Translations under genes and position numbers: made by a program
The notes under the pieces: generated by a model
Seen by the model: the letters and a program-made list of their open reading frames with translations, nothing else
What the model was told of the DNA's origin: nothing
Database searches by the model: none
In this document: one piece after another, positions 25,385 through 39,210 of the stretch
Layout of the letters: the number at the start of each line of letters is the position of its first letter
Numbering within the stretch: the stretch's first letter is position 1
Source of the DNA: Schmidtea polychroa
Lineage: Eukaryota
Direction of reading: 5' to 3'
NCBI GenBank assembly: GCA_044892525.1
Contig: CM097885.1
Coordinates: 42,470,001-42,534,000 of the forward strand
Length of the DNA: 64,000 bases

Positions 25385-28300
25385 CTATAATACACGTTGG
25401 TGTGTACACCAGTGTAGGTGACTCACCATTTATGAGAAAATAAAGTTTTTAACTTCATTTATTCAATTTTATAAATGGTTTTCAAGTAATTTTTAAATAA
25501 TTAAATATTACTTTCGTCAACATTTGTGTTATAAATTATTTCTAATTACTTTTCAGGTTTTTTAGGATTTTATGAAATTATTTGGAATTATTTCGATACA
25601 ATGTAAGTCACATATATTTTTAACTGAAAATAAAGAAAGTATAAAATATAAATAAATAAAGTAATCGCCAAACACAATTCTCATTGCTTCCAAAGATGCA
25701 TAAAAATTGGATCCTACGAAATCCAACAAATTATTTCCCTGTTCTTCTGAAATAATTTGTTTTTTGCTTCCTCTTTTTATGAAAATTTTTCCATATTTTA
25801 TATATCTGTAAATTATTGTTCCAATCGATTTTTGGTGATTCCAAGTAATCTTTCGAATTCTTCGTAATTTTCAACATTTTCAAAGGCATTAATTAGTCGA
25901 ATTTTGTCATGTTCTGTAATTTTTTGAAAATATTATTTTATTAAAAATTAATTATTAAAATTTACGATTTTCGATTTTTTCGACCTTGTTCAATGTTTGA
26001 AATTTTACCTTCACACAAAGGCAGCGTTTTAAGAGAAATATTTGATAAAATGTAAAATATTTTAATTATTTGTAATTTAATGAATAAATCTTACATTGTC
26101 AGATCTTCACCTTCGCAAAAAGACATTATCTGAAATATCTGAAAATCTAAAGAAGTATTAAATTTTAACTTATTTTATAAATAAATCTTACGATGTTTTT
26201 TCGTCATTTGTTCTACAGCTCAAAGTAGAGTTGTCCGATTTTAGATCAAAAATATTTTCCCCCATGATTTTTTAATAAAATAATAATATGTTAACAATAT
26301 GTTAATCATTTTTACATTTCGGAACGAAATACACCATAAACAATTTGAATGTATTTTTTATTATTTACGTATGCTGTGTTTGTATGTAAAATTATTTTTC
26401 TGCTACTTTCTCAATTCCTATATAAAAAGTTTTAAGTTTTGAAACATTACACCTAACCGCGAAAGTTAACATTGTCTATAATATACGTTGGTGTGCACAC
26501 CACCTGAGGTGAGTCACCAATTATATGACAATGTTAACTTAATTTTTTCAATTTTTCAAAAATCGTTTTAATGTAAGTTTTTGAATTGAAGTAATTTTTA
26601 GGACTTGAATTTTGATTTTATATAATTATGAGATCATTATTCAAGTTATTAAATATTACTGTTAGTCAGCATTTATAATATTGATAATATATAATATATA
26701 TTATATATTATCAATATTATAAATGCTGACTAACAGTAATATTTAATAACTTGAATAATGATCTCATAATTATATAAAATCAAAATTCAAGTCCTAAAAA
26801 TTATTTCAATTCAAAAACTTACATTAAAACGATTTTTGAAAAATTGAAAAAATGAAATTAAGTTAACATTGTCATATAATTGGTGACTCACCTCAGGTGG
26901 TGTGCACATCAACGTATATTATAGAACATTATATATTATATAACATTGATAATTAAATTTCAGGTGTTTTATTAGGAATTTTATGGTATTTTATTTTGAT
27001 TTATTTGGATTTATTTCGTAAAAATGTAAGTTAGATATTTTTATAATTAAAAATAAGTAAAGTAATCACCAAACATTTATTTTTTAAGGACATTTAGTAA
27101 AGAATGGATAAAATATTTTTTAAGTTTTTGTAATCTTCTTTCGAATTTTGTCTATTTCTGTAATTCTATGAAAATATTAATTTGTTAAAATAATTTATTA
27201 AAATTTACGATTTGCGATTTTTTTCCTGCAAATTCAAAGATGTCGAAGGATCTTCTTCAATATCTGTAAATCTAAAGAAATTTTATATTCTAAATTATTT
27301 TATAATTAAATCTTACGATGTATTTACTTCTTTTTCCCTAAAACTCAGAGCAGTCAGAATCTGATTCAAAATTTTTTTTGTACATAACTTTTTAAATAAT
27401 TTGAAAATATTGATATGTTAATTATATGTTAATCAATGTATATTTCGCATGAAAAACACTTTACTTAATTTTGTATGTATTTTTCATTATGTGTGCTGTG
27501 CTTGTATGCTTAATTATTTTCTCTCACTTTTTAGATTCCTACACCCGTTTCCACATGTTAAAAGTCTCTATAATGCATGTTGGTGTGTTCATCAATCGAT
27601 GACTCACCATTTATGAGAATGTTTATTTCATTTTTTCATTCTCAATTCAATTTTATTTATGGTTTTAGAAGTAAGTTTTTTAAATTTAAGTATATTTTAA
27701 GGCTTGAATTTTGATTTCATATAATTATGAGATCATTATTCAAGCTCTTAAATATTACTTGTAATCAGCATTTATAATATATTTATAATATATTGATAAT
27801 TAAATTTCAGGTGCTTTTTTAGGTATTTTATGATATGTTATGAATTTGGAATTATTTCAATAAAATGTAAGTTATATATATTTTTAACTAAAAAGAAATA
27901 AAATAATCACCATTTATTTTTTAAGAAATAATGGTTAAAGTAATCTTCCAAAATCTTTATAATTTTCTCCATTTTCATATGCATTGATGAGACGGATTTT
28001 GTCATTTTCTGAAATTCTTTGAAAATATTATTTTTTTAAAATAAGTTATTAAAATTTACGATTTTCGATTTTTTTTCTTCAATTCCAAAGATGTCGATGG
28101 AACTTGTTGAATATCTTCACACAAAGTCGTTTGACTAGAAATATCTGATATGCTGTAAAATATTTTAATTATTTGTAATTAAATAAAAAAATTCTTACAT
28201 TGTCAGATCTTCACCTTCGCAAAATGGAAATGTCTCCAAAGAAATATCTGAAAATCTAAAGAAATATTAACTTCAAAAATATTTTATAAATAGATCTTAC

Positions 28301-28540
28301 TATGTTTTGTCGTCCATTTCTCGAAAACTCAAAGTTGAGTTGTCAGATTCAAAATCCAAATTTTTTTCAGCCATGAATTTTAATAATTTTAAATTAATGA
28401 TATGTTAACAGTATGTAAATGACTCTCTACTTTCGGAACAAAAAAGCTATATTAAATTTGCGTGTATTTTATATTATGTGTACTGTGTTTGTATGTAAAA
28501 TTATTTTTCTGTCACTTTCTCAATTCCTATAATAAAACTT
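25385..28540. repeat. Three diverged tandem ~1.0-1.1 kb units carrying a Tc1-like HTH remnant on the minus strand
   Basis: Unit starts TAAT(A/G)(C/T)(A/G)(C/T)GTTGGTGTG...GA(C/G)TCACCA at ~25389, ~26480 and ~27570; shared AATTTACGATTT and TCAATTCCTAT landmarks. Unit 1 translates ITEHDKIRLINAFENVENYEEFERLLGITK and then IIYRYIKYGK (25930-25770). Confidence 0.8.
26475..26925. repeat. Spacerless ~450-bp palindrome centred on TATATA (26695-26700)
   Basis: Arms are reverse complements with about 2 substitutions and one 5-bp indel. Confidence 0.95.
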
Positions 28541-29494
28541 TTAACATTCGAAACATTAATTTTTTGCACACAGGTAAGTTTGTGTGTTGCTATAATATAA
28601 TTTTATCGATTTTTTTAGATTATAGAAACTCTTATATTGTGGATTTAGGTGTATAATAAATATGTTAAATTTCGCAGCATTAAATTTCTACACACAGGTA
28701 AGTTTGTGTGTTCCTATACTAGAATTTTATCGGTTTTTTAGATTATAGAAACTCTTATATTTTGGAATTAGATGTGTATAAATTTTATTTAAGGAATTTT
28801 ATATATATATATATATTTAAAGAAAATAAAAATATTTAAATTAACTAAAATATTTAATATAATAAAATTAATCTTAATGTTTTTAAATAAAAAAAAATGA
28901 ATTAAATATTTTACGATAACAAAAGGTAAAATTAAATTAAAAGATTATAAATTTATTAATTAATTAAATATTAATTTTCGAATATCGAACTTTTCTTATA
29001 TATTAAAAGAGCTAAATAACGAACAATTAATTACAAAAATAAAATGAGATTAAAATACTCAAAGATATGTTGACACGTAAATGTGTACAATTTGCAAAAA
29101 AACTCAACAAAGAAACCAAAAAATAACCAAAAAAATAATAAATTAAAAAATTAAAAAAATCTCTACGGGGTCAAAATATCGAAAAATTTATAACTTTATA
29201 ATAATAGTGCTTGTTGATTTTTAATAATGATATTTAAAAGTTAAATTAAAAATAAAAAATTAATATTTAAAAATATATTTATTAAAAAGAGCTTGAAGAC
29301 TATAAATCAGTAAATATATAATATATTTATAGTCTGGTGAAATTGGAAAAAAAGTTCTTATAATTAAAAATATATGAAAATAGAAATGAAATTTTCCACC
29401 ATTAAAATGTTTCATTATAAAAATTCCGAAACTTATGATATTTGATAACTTGCAACGCTACAGTCGATTAAATAGATAAACTCGATCTCGCATT

Positions 29495-29665
29495 ATGATT
29501 GGTCCAAATATAAACATGCACACCAATCTGATGTTTACATATAAATATTTCAAAGGAAGTGGAAAATGCTATCACAGAGCATTTCTTTTCTCATTTGAAT
29601 AAATTAAAACAAAATTTTATCTTGGGATTTCATGCTACTTTTAAATTTTATAACTTCGGTGAGTT
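29495..29665 (+). promoter_or_regulatory. Candidate Pol II promoter and first non-coding exon
   Basis: ATTGG (29498), CCAAT (29523), TATAAATA (29540) and a G|GTGAGT donor at 29659. No linked CDS identified. Confidence 0.25.
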
Positions 29666-30889
29666 TTATTATTTTTTATTTATTGAATTAAAATTTATAC
29701 GATTATTCATCTCCATTATTTTTTGTGTTTATTAATCGTCGAATTTCACAGCTGTGGTTGACAGTTCATTATTTTTCATTACTAAATTTATATAATTATT
29801 TATTGCTACAATTTTATGCAGTGAATTATGTTCAATTAAAATTAATTAAATATCAACTAAATGATTTAAATAAATTTATACACTAACAAATCACATTACT
29901 TTCAACAATAAACTTTAATCAATAAATTAATTTTAAAAATCGGATATTTATAATTAGTTTTGATGAATTTTCAGATAAATGTCAACATATATTTTTGATA
30001 CGGATATTGTCAGACATTGAAATTATGTTCTTTTCAACTGTTTTCCCAGAATCTTTTCATGTATTTTTTTGTGGGAGTAAATTTGTTTCATGTTTAAAGT
30101 GAACAAGAATATTAATTTNNNNNNNNNNNNNNNNNNNNNNNNNNNNNNNNNNNNNNNNNNNNNNNNNNNNNNNNNNNNNNNNNNNNNNNNNNNNNNNNNN
30201 NNNNNNNNNNNNNNNNNNNNNNNNNNNNNNNNNNNNNNNNNNNNNNNNNNNNNNNNNNNNNNNNNNNNNNNNNNNNNNNNNNNNNNNNNNNNNNNNNNNN
30301 NNNNNNNNNNNNNNNNNNNNNNNNNNNNNNNNNNNNNNNNNNNNNNNNNNNNNNNNNNNNNNNNNNNNNNNNNNNNNNNNNNNNNNNNNNNNNNNNNNNN
30401 NNNNNNNNNNNNNNNNNNNNNNNNNNNNNNNNNNNNNNNNNNNNNNNNTTATAAATATTCTTCATATAAAAAATAGTGAAAAAATATCTAAAATCAAATA
30501 TAAATTTAAATGAAAAGTGAAAACATTAATTTAACAAAAACTTTATTCTGTATTTCAATACAACTTTTATTACGTAGACTTTCAGATGAAATGATGAATA
30601 AAGTGTTAAGTATAATAAAGTAATTTAATAAAGTAATATAATAAAAGTAATTTTCCAATATTAGTGAAATAATATATACTTTGAGGAATTCCGTTATTTA
30701 ATACCAAACAAATTGAAAAAGAGGATAATAAAATAAAAACTTCCATGGCATGAAGTACTAAACACTATACATATCAAAAAACACAAATTGTGCTGTTAAT
30801 TTTAATATAATTAAATACAATTTGTTGAAGACAAACAGATTTGAAAAAGCGAATATAAATATTCTCGGTTTCGTAATTTTGCTTTGGAA

Positions 30890-30930
30890 CAGTGGCGTCG
30901 GGGGGTGCGGACCGCACCGGGTGACATCAA
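30890..30930 (+). mobile_element. Left end of a hAT-type MITE
   Basis: CAGTGGCGTCGGGGGGTGCGGACCGCACCGGGTGACA; same CAGTGGCGT start as the MITE at 31679. Right end not found. Confidence 0.4.
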
Positions 30931-31678
30931 ATGAAAAATTGCAAATTTTACAGAGTAGACGTTGCTCGGTCCAATCATATTTCATAAGCGGATAAAGGAT
31001 CATAGTTAAATAAATACATGACTAAAAGGCAGAACTGGGTCAGGGTGCCACCATGCAGTATGCAGAGCATCTGGGGCTCATTTTAATGAGATTTAAAGCT
31101 GGTCAGATCAAAATTTGGAGTTAATGAGGTAGAATAGATCAATAGACTTGGAAGCGTTGTCGAGAACACTGCATGCTATCAAATTTTAGATCTATCCGAT
31201 CACGGAAAGTGGGTTAATTAAAAAATATTGATATGTGAAATCTAGTGTTATTTCCTTATTTCAATATAAATTCTTATCTATTCATTAAATTCGGATTAAA
31301 GAGATAACGTAATTATATCTAAAATAAGTTATAAGTTTGAACCAATAATTGATATGATTATCATTATCACATTATCATGATCACACAATTTAGGGTTTCG
31401 TTTAGTCACGCGAAAAAGAGTGATTTTACGTAATAATAAATATTTCATAGCATTGAGAAAGCATATGAAATTTTAGTTTTGAGTGAAATTAAGAGAGTGA
31501 AATATGCTTTTTATGGTTGATTTTTTTTATGAAATAACTCAAATTCTATTAATTTTTGTGAATGATTGAACAGGTTATTTATGAATTATACAAAAAATAC
31601 AAACTAGATCAAATTTTCAAAATTTGTATACAAATTTGCACTAAAACATTACAAAATCAAAGTTATTTTATGTCTACT

Positions 31679-31935
31679 CAGTGGCGTAACTAGTGGACGC
31701 AGGACCCTGCGTTGCGGGGGCCCACCAGCTATAGGAGGCCCAAAATTATTACTAAAAAAATATTTACAATCATTTTCTGAAACTTTTTTCCCGCAGTTAC
31801 ATTTGCCTACAAACATAAAACTATCATTGAATAGAGGCTGCTGTGAATAACTATGTATTAAACTTTAACCGAAAAATTTAAGTGGAAATATTTTACATTG
31901 GGCGGGGGGGCCCAAATTTTGAAGTTCCGCCACTG
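31679..31935. mobile_element. hAT-type MITE, 257 bp
   Basis: TIRs CAGTGGCGTAACT and AGTTCCGCCACTG; perfect 8-bp TSD TGTCTACT (31671-31678 and 31936-31943). Confidence 0.92.
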
Positions 31936-34170
31936 TGTCTACTCATTATTAATAATCGGTTCACACGAAATATAAGATTTAAATCAAACGATTCGCGCGA
32001 ACTGGTAGGAAATCATCCCTGAAAATAAGCATGAATACTTTTTTTGTATTTACTACTTATTACTGTTATATTGTCACAATATATTTTGAATAAAATTACT
32101 TGCGGAAGCATAATTTTTTATTAGCTATTTTTACTTAAAAGTACATCCCCTAAAATACAAATAAATACATGTACCAATAAGTAAACAATATATTTGGCAC
32201 TGATTACTAAAATATTTAATGAGTAATTTATAGGCTATATTCAGCTCATAACAATCATAATTATTAAAAAAAATTCAAAAAATCTCCCATTATCAATATT
32301 AAATAAACAAATCTTTACCGAGAAATATATCAAATGAATACGAAATTGGAGAAAATTAACTATCAAAAATTTAATTGATTAAATTAATATTTCCGTGTCC
32401 CAAACTGTTTAAAAGGTATATAAAAGGTTACGAAGTTTTTATCAAATTACACAAAATATTCTAAAAAACCAAAAAATCCAGAAAAATTTAGCTATAGTTA
32501 AGAAGCACAAATTCAATTAATCCAGATTTTATTATAATTTTTTCCTTTTTTTATTTCATATAAAAGTTTTGCCGAAATATTTCAGCCTCGTCTCGTGTTT
32601 TTACAATATGTATTTTTATTAAATGTTACATTTTAAAATAAACTTCAACCGTGAACAGGCTGGATGTCGGCATTTTAGAAAAAATAAATCAAACATTTTA
32701 ATGAAATTTCCTTTCACAATAATAAGTGGCTTGAACACAGCTATTGCTAAAACTTTTTATAATTTATAAAATTCCAATTATATTAAAAATTTTATTTTAT
32801 ATTTTATATATAAAATTTTCATTTTTATTTATTATCAAATTTTATCTTCTTATTTCTAAGAATAAAAACTGAATCATTGGTGTTTTCAAACAGCATCAAG
32901 GTTCGTTTTGAATTCTTTGCCTAAAAAGAGTGTTTTATAATCTGCAGCAGAATTTGTGGCTAAGTGTAACTCTTAATCATAAAGGGGCTCTCGTATAAGG
33001 TAACCTTTCACTGGCTGATTTCAAGATTAACTGATAAATTCCCTATTAGAAATAAATTATCCAAATTAAACATTTGCATATTCTGAACCTTCTAAGACTC
33101 AATACGAACATCATCCGTCAAAAGTAAAGAAAGTTTATGAAAACAATTTTAAAAGTAACTACAAAAGAGTTTAGTTGAAAACTCATCGTTCTATTCTTGA
33201 AGGTGCATTATGTATAATTTTATTGTCAGTATCATTTGTCATCTGACAAATGATATACAACTCCATGGACACAGACGAAACGATTTGTTGTTTACATAAT
33301 CAACTGCACAATTAATATCAAAATAAATCATTGCATTTTGAGGTTTATTTTATACGATCTGCATAAAGTTCATCTTTGCATTTATGCTGTTACCACCTTA
33401 ATACGTTCTTTTCGGCTAACTAGAATTATTCAAATAAACAACTTCATTGTGAAAGAAATTGAGTACCTTGTACAAAGCCGAGTTAAGATTTTCATAAATT
33501 TAACTATTATATTTCTGTCCATCATCTGTTGACAAAATTATATAAAAATTCATAAAAATAAACATTATTGGTCACAGAAATTTATCAAGGGTCATCAAGA
33601 TTTTTCTTTAGTTTCTAGAAAATATGATTGTTTATTTCCTCTTTACCTTATAGGCCACCGTATTGAGCAACATTATAATAGTTCTAATATTAACATAAAT
33701 TAATATTTAACGTCAGTTATAAAGAAATTAATGAAAAAATAGCGTAAAGGTAAGATAATACATTGAAAATTACCAAATACGTATTACAATGAAATAATAA
33801 CAAATTTATTCAGAGACACCGCGTGATCAAATATTTCCCCATAAATACTTATTAAAATTATTTAAATGTTAATTAACNNNNNNNNNNNNNNNNNNNNNNN
33901 NNNNNNNNNNNNNNNNNNNNNNNNNNNNNNNNNNNNNNNNNNNNNNNNNNNNNNNNNNNNNNNNNNNNNNNNNNNNNNNNNNNNNNNNNNNNNNNNNNNN
34001 NNNNNNNNNNNNNNNNNNNNNNNNNNNNNNNNNNNNNNNNNNNNNNNNNNNNNNNNNNNNNNNNNNNNNNNNNNNNNNNNNNNNNNNNNNNNNNNNNNNN
34101 NNNNNNNNNNNNNNNNNNNNNNNNNNNNNNNNNNNNNNNNNNNTTCTTGGTAGCAGCATTTATTATTTAA

Positions 34171-34365
34171 AACAATAAAATGATAATTTAAGCCTTTTGC
34201 TGCAAATAATGTATTTAATGAAAATATTTTCGACTATAAGATAGTCCTTGTCAATCTCCTTGTCAATCCTTGTCAAGGAGATTGACAAGGACTAACTTAT
34301 AGTCGAAATTTTTTTTATTAAATACATTATTTGCAGCAAAAGGCTTAAATTATCATTTTATTGTT
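34171..34365. mobile_element. Foldback (hairpin) MITE, ~195 bp
   Basis: ~90-bp imperfect arms (AACAATAAAATGATAATTTAAGCCTTTTGCTGCAAATAATG...GACTATAAGATAGTCCTTGTCAATCTCCTTG) with three CCTTGTCAA repeats at the centre. A diverged half copy lies at ~42968-43050. Confidence 0.8.
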
Positions 34366-34408
34366 ATTATTTACTTCATTTAATATTTTTTTTAAATAAA
34401 ACTTTTTT

Positions 34409-34490
34409 TTGAAAAAATGGATTAAGACTTTTGAAAAAATGATGACGACTTTTGAAAAATGGATTAAGACATTTGACAAACGGATTAAAA
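34409..34490 (+). repeat. ~21-bp tandem repeat running into an N-gap
   Basis: TTTGAAAAA(A)TGGATTAAGAC-type units, about four copies visible. Confidence 0.7.
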
Positions 34491-34779
34491 NNNNNNNNNN
34501 NNNNNNNNNNNNNNNNNNNNNNNNNNNNNNNNNNNNNNNNNNNNNNNNNNNNNNNNNNNNNNNNNNNNNNNNNNNNNNNNNNNNNNNNNNNNNNNNNNNN
34601 NNNNNNNNNNNNNNNNNNNNNNNNNNNNNNNNNNNNNNNNNNNNNNNNNNNNNNNNNNNNNNNNNNNNNNNNNNNNNNNNNNGATTATTGTAGCGATTGT
34701 CCTAATTATAATTAGGATAAATTGACTCGAATCAAAATTTCAAAAAATAAATTTCTCATAGTAAGTCGTCATAGAAAGC

Positions 34780-35200
34780 CAGCTGATAATAACTGGCTTT
34801 GTGATTTTGCATTTTCTGGAAATCGTGACACACATAAATACTTTCAACACAGCGTTACAAAAAAAGAATTATATGCCCATAATATGGTAAAAAGTTTGAT
34901 TGAATTTCAATTTCTTCAACATTTATTGATTAAAGTAAACTATTTTCAAACTGTGAAGTTGATGAAGATACCATGATATAAATATGAAGAGTATTGTAGA
35001 ATCATTAAAGCCTTAAGTTGCGATTTTTCTCGAAGATTTGAAGACTTCCAAAAAATGAAACAAGTTTGGCAATAGTACGCGATTCATTTTCAATAGATAT
35101 TGATAGTATACCGAATGAACTATAACTTGAAATTATTGATCTGCAGGGTAATACTGATTTAGTTGTATTGAACTAACGAGAAAAATCTTCAAATTTTACA
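34780..35200 (+). mobile_element. hAT (GTF2IRD2/SPIN-like) transposase C-terminal relic
   Basis: NWLCDFAF, VTHINTFNTALQKK, CDFSRRFEDF and LEIIDLQ across frameshifts. Confidence 0.7.
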
Positions 35201-35649
35201 TCACTCTTAATTCGGAAATATACAAGGAGTTTTAAGAATCTCAACTACAAAATTAACACCTGAATTAAAAAAAATATATAAACATGTAAAACAGTTTCAT
35301 TCTTCTCATTAAATTGTTTACTATTAGAGAATCATTTATTTTTTATGTATAAATTCCTTTCTCATGATAATAAATAATGTAGGTCTAAAATAGTATTTTA
35401 CTTGCGGTCCATCGTTCATTTTATATTCCTAATATGGGGTGTCACGCAACAGGTTTACCGAAGCCTGTACAATACAGTTATCATGTTCATAGAGCCAGAA
35501 AATCCTTAACAACACTTACTAAAATCAAGTTTTATTGGCAAATTATAATTACACTATTAAAATTGCTTTTGTTAAGTTAAGGGGGACCTGTAACTTTGAT
35601 CATATCCTGTAAAATTGACATGTTATCTGCAAAATAGATTATACATGAC

Positions 35650-36451
35650 AAAAATGTAGGCTGTTACAAAAATAACAAAAATATATTCACATGAAATTGT
35701 ACTGGTTTTAATTCAATTAAATAACAGCCCAAACAGAAATGGGAAATTAATAAATTAGTAAGAATTTCGATTCACCTTGAATTAATCATTTCCCATTTAC
35801 AATATTACGTAACATGCAAATTACCAAAACAAAAAATTGGAATTTATTTAAACAAAATTAATGAATATTATCTCTGTTAATTTAATTCATACATTTCATT
35901 TAATTTTATCGTGAATTTTATCTAATCTAGTTGTAAAATATGTCACATTTAATGTCTTTCCGTTCTCTTTCCAAGAAGAATTATTTGGGATTAGAATTTT
36001 TAAAGTATTTAATTTAAGTTTTGGCACGAGTTTTTAAAATATATTGTTTAAATGAAAATGGTTTTTGAAACAAATTTCAGCATTATTTTTCAGTTATGCT
36101 TTGTTTAAATAAAGTTTGGCATTATATTTATTCTCAAACAGGGAAAACCAAAAAGTATATTGGAGAATTGAGGGAAATATTTTGAAAGAACTATTTGGAA
36201 GGGGAAAGAAAAACCAGGAATATTTGGAATTTGTTAAGAATTAAGCACTCCTTACAGTCAAATGGTTTTGTCGAGCAAAAATTAAGAACAATGAGAGATC
36301 TTATAACAACATCGTTGGCAGAAAGTTGAGAGGCGAGGAATTGGTTGGAAATATTATCAAGAATTGAATTTTCCATTAATATAACACAAAAGAGTACAGA
36401 AATTATTTGACAAAAGAAAAGAATTCTCCATTCAAAATAATACTTCATCAT
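35650..36451 (-). pseudogene. Possible decayed gene for a secreted or membrane protein
   Basis: The 86-aa ORF has a hydrophobic N-terminus. After a frameshift the frame continues ~180 codons (PNSSFKIFPSILQYTFGFPCLRIK...KILIPNNSSWKENGKTLNVTYF) with fewer stops than neighbouring AT-rich DNA. Family not recognised. Confidence 0.3.
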
Positions 36452-38906
36452 TAAAATGCATTAAAGATATCATAGAAAACTGTAGAAAAAACACAAAAAA
36501 TGCTGCTAAATTACACAAAAAAAAACACAAAAAATGCTGCAAAAATTGAAAATCTAAATAAACAAGGTATGCGATATTTTGAGATCGCAGAGGAGGTACT
36601 TAATCGTAAAGAATGTCACAAAAGAACAAAAGATGTAATGCAATATGAACGTCCTTACAAAATACGAAAATTTCTCTCAGTCCATCGAGCAAAATTACCA
36701 GAAAAAGACAGTATCAAACACCGAAGAATAGAATGGCTAAAGAAGTAGCATAGTTCTTAAAGAAGGGGAGAGTTAGGTTAACACAATAAATACTATTTCC
36801 GATTTTATTAGATTGAAAAATATAAATCTTATTTGAATATTTTAATCAAAATTTAAAAATTACAAATTCGGAAATGTTGTTTTGAAATGCAATTTTTTGG
36901 ACTGTAAATTTTGTTATTAAATATTTATTTAATGCTAGACTAAGGGAACTCTATCATTTCAACAATATGAACTATCGATATTTCTATTCTCTCTCTCACA
37001 TACTTTCTTTATCCATGCGTGTGGGCGTTTCAAAAGTTTGAGCTCAAAGATAAAGATATAAGTGAATGAGCCTTTACTGACGGATCTTGTCCGCTTGACC
37101 ATGCAATATGTGTATGTGTTGTACAAACCATTAATTAGCTAAAAACAGTAACATTCACCACAACACCTCATCTGACATCTATCATCGTGTATTTTGACTA
37201 TTGAATTGTGAATTAATCTTCCCATAGCCGATTTTCAGTCACATTTTTTGAAATTCAACAAGTCTCTACACTCGATAATGTTTAAGAAAAAGTGAAATAA
37301 AACATCAATGTCAATCAAATCTTCCAATTATGCTTAATTGTTTGATAAAAAGAATCTCCACGAAAAAGAGCGGCTTACTATAGTGTAAAGTCTGAAGTGT
37401 ACCCGTATTTACATTCAGAGCTAGAATATTGTCAATCATGAAGCGTTTATACGTGCCAAGATCCCTCTTGAGAAACTTAATAATTCTTAACTGAGGCAAT
37501 TCATTGAATAGTTCAGTAAGGGAGGTAGAAGGTCCTCACGCACAAATACCTTCCAATCACACTACGTTCCTTGCATTTACGAGAACTACCAGAATCCTTA
37601 CCGAAATTCTTTTAAGAAGAATGAAAGAAGGAGCGTTGGAAATGACACACCTTACTACTCTGTTATCAGTTAATATTAAACTTTAAAGTACTTTTGTAAA
37701 TCTTTATGTTGCTCCGTTTCCATTCAATTACAGACAATTATGAAAAAATGTAATCTTGAAATTGACATATAAAAATAATTTTACTTGAGTAATGAGAAAT
37801 TAAAATATATTTGAACATAAAATAGTACTAAAATAGCAGTAAAAAGATTTCATGATGAATGATTTCTCAAGTTATTGTAAAAAACAGTTTTTTGGATGAC
37901 TTTTTGGATCTTTTTAGTTCGAATTGAATTTATTATTTCAAGTTTGTATATTGTATACATTGCAATTTTATCTAATGAAAAATGAAANNNNNNNNNNNNN
38001 NNNNNNNNNNNNNNNNNNNNNNNNNNNNNNNNNNNNNNNNNNNNNNNNNNNNNNNNNNNNNNNNNNNNNNNNNNNNNNNNNNNNNNNNNNNNNNNNNNNN
38101 NNNNNNNNNNNNNNNNNNNNNNNNNNNNNNNNNNNCAATTATTTATTAAAAATTTAATTTACTTCTAAATTTCAAATCAAATAATTTAAAACTAAATATT
38201 ATTTAAAATTACAATTAATAATATCAATATTTTTTCATTATTTTTTATAAAATTAATAAATAATGATCAAAATCACTTGAAAAGGTTGTGCCAAAAATTC
38301 TTGAATAATTTTACTGACTCATAGTGTCCATTTTTTAATAAATATAATGTCAATTGAAAATGAAAAGAAATCAGATGTGAAAATCAAAAGAAGTTTTTAT
38401 AATAATATAAAGTGATGATAAAAGGCTTATATTNNNNNNNNNNNNNNNNNNNNNNNNNNNNNNNNNNNNNNNNNNNNNNNNNNNNNNNNNNNNNNNNNNN
38501 NNNNNNNNNNNNNNNNNNNNNNNNNNNNNNNNNNNNNNNNNNNNNNNNNNNNNNNNNNNNNNNNNNNNNNNNNNNNNNNNNNNNNNNNNNATATCATGAC
38601 TGATAGCGATAATTTATAAAGAAAATTTAACATATTCACTTAAAGAAATCTTTTAAATTATTTGAAAAAATTTAGTTTAGAAATTCACAATAAAATTCAA
38701 TTTTGTATTATTTTCACGATAAAAATATTATAATTATCTACTAAATATCGATCACAAGGGTGAAATAATTTACGCAAAATACTCCATGATTTTCTTCCAC
38801 TTCTTTAGACAGATTTACATAATAAAATTTCTTTGGAATACAAAATACTTCTCATTCATTAACTCAGTCACATTCTACAAACAGTAACTAAACAAATACA
38901 AATGTA

Positions 38907-39210
38907 CACTCATACCTCGCTATACGGCTGCTCTTTATACGGCTTTTCGCTATAACGGGCTACTTTAATTACGGCATATTTTCGATTTACGGCCTAAAAT
39001 GTTTCGTTATACGGTCAAAAAAGTGTGAAAAAAAGGTGCGACAAGGCTTTGCTAATTTTGGATAATGCTCCAGGACATCCGGTTAATTTATGCGAATTAT
39101 CTGAAGATGTGGAGATTGAGTATCTTCCAAAAAATTGTATCAAAATATTTGATTCGTTGTGCGGCCAACTTTCCTGGAACGTATCTAGTCCGTAAAGCGA
39201 GGTATGAGTG
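38907..39210 (+). mobile_element. Internally deleted pogo/Tigger element, 304 bp
   Basis: TIRs CACTCATACCTCGCTATACGG and CCGTAAAGCGAGGTATGAGTG, TA on both flanks, subterminal TACGGC repeats, and DDE fragment KALLILDNAPGHP...VEIEYLPKN. Confidence 0.9.

Noticed and set aside
36500-36748. 82-aa ORF as an HTH or transposase N-terminus
   Set aside because: Only a vague GMRYFEIAEEV resemblance; begins in a duplicated A-rich 20-mer; no TIR or DDE region nearby.
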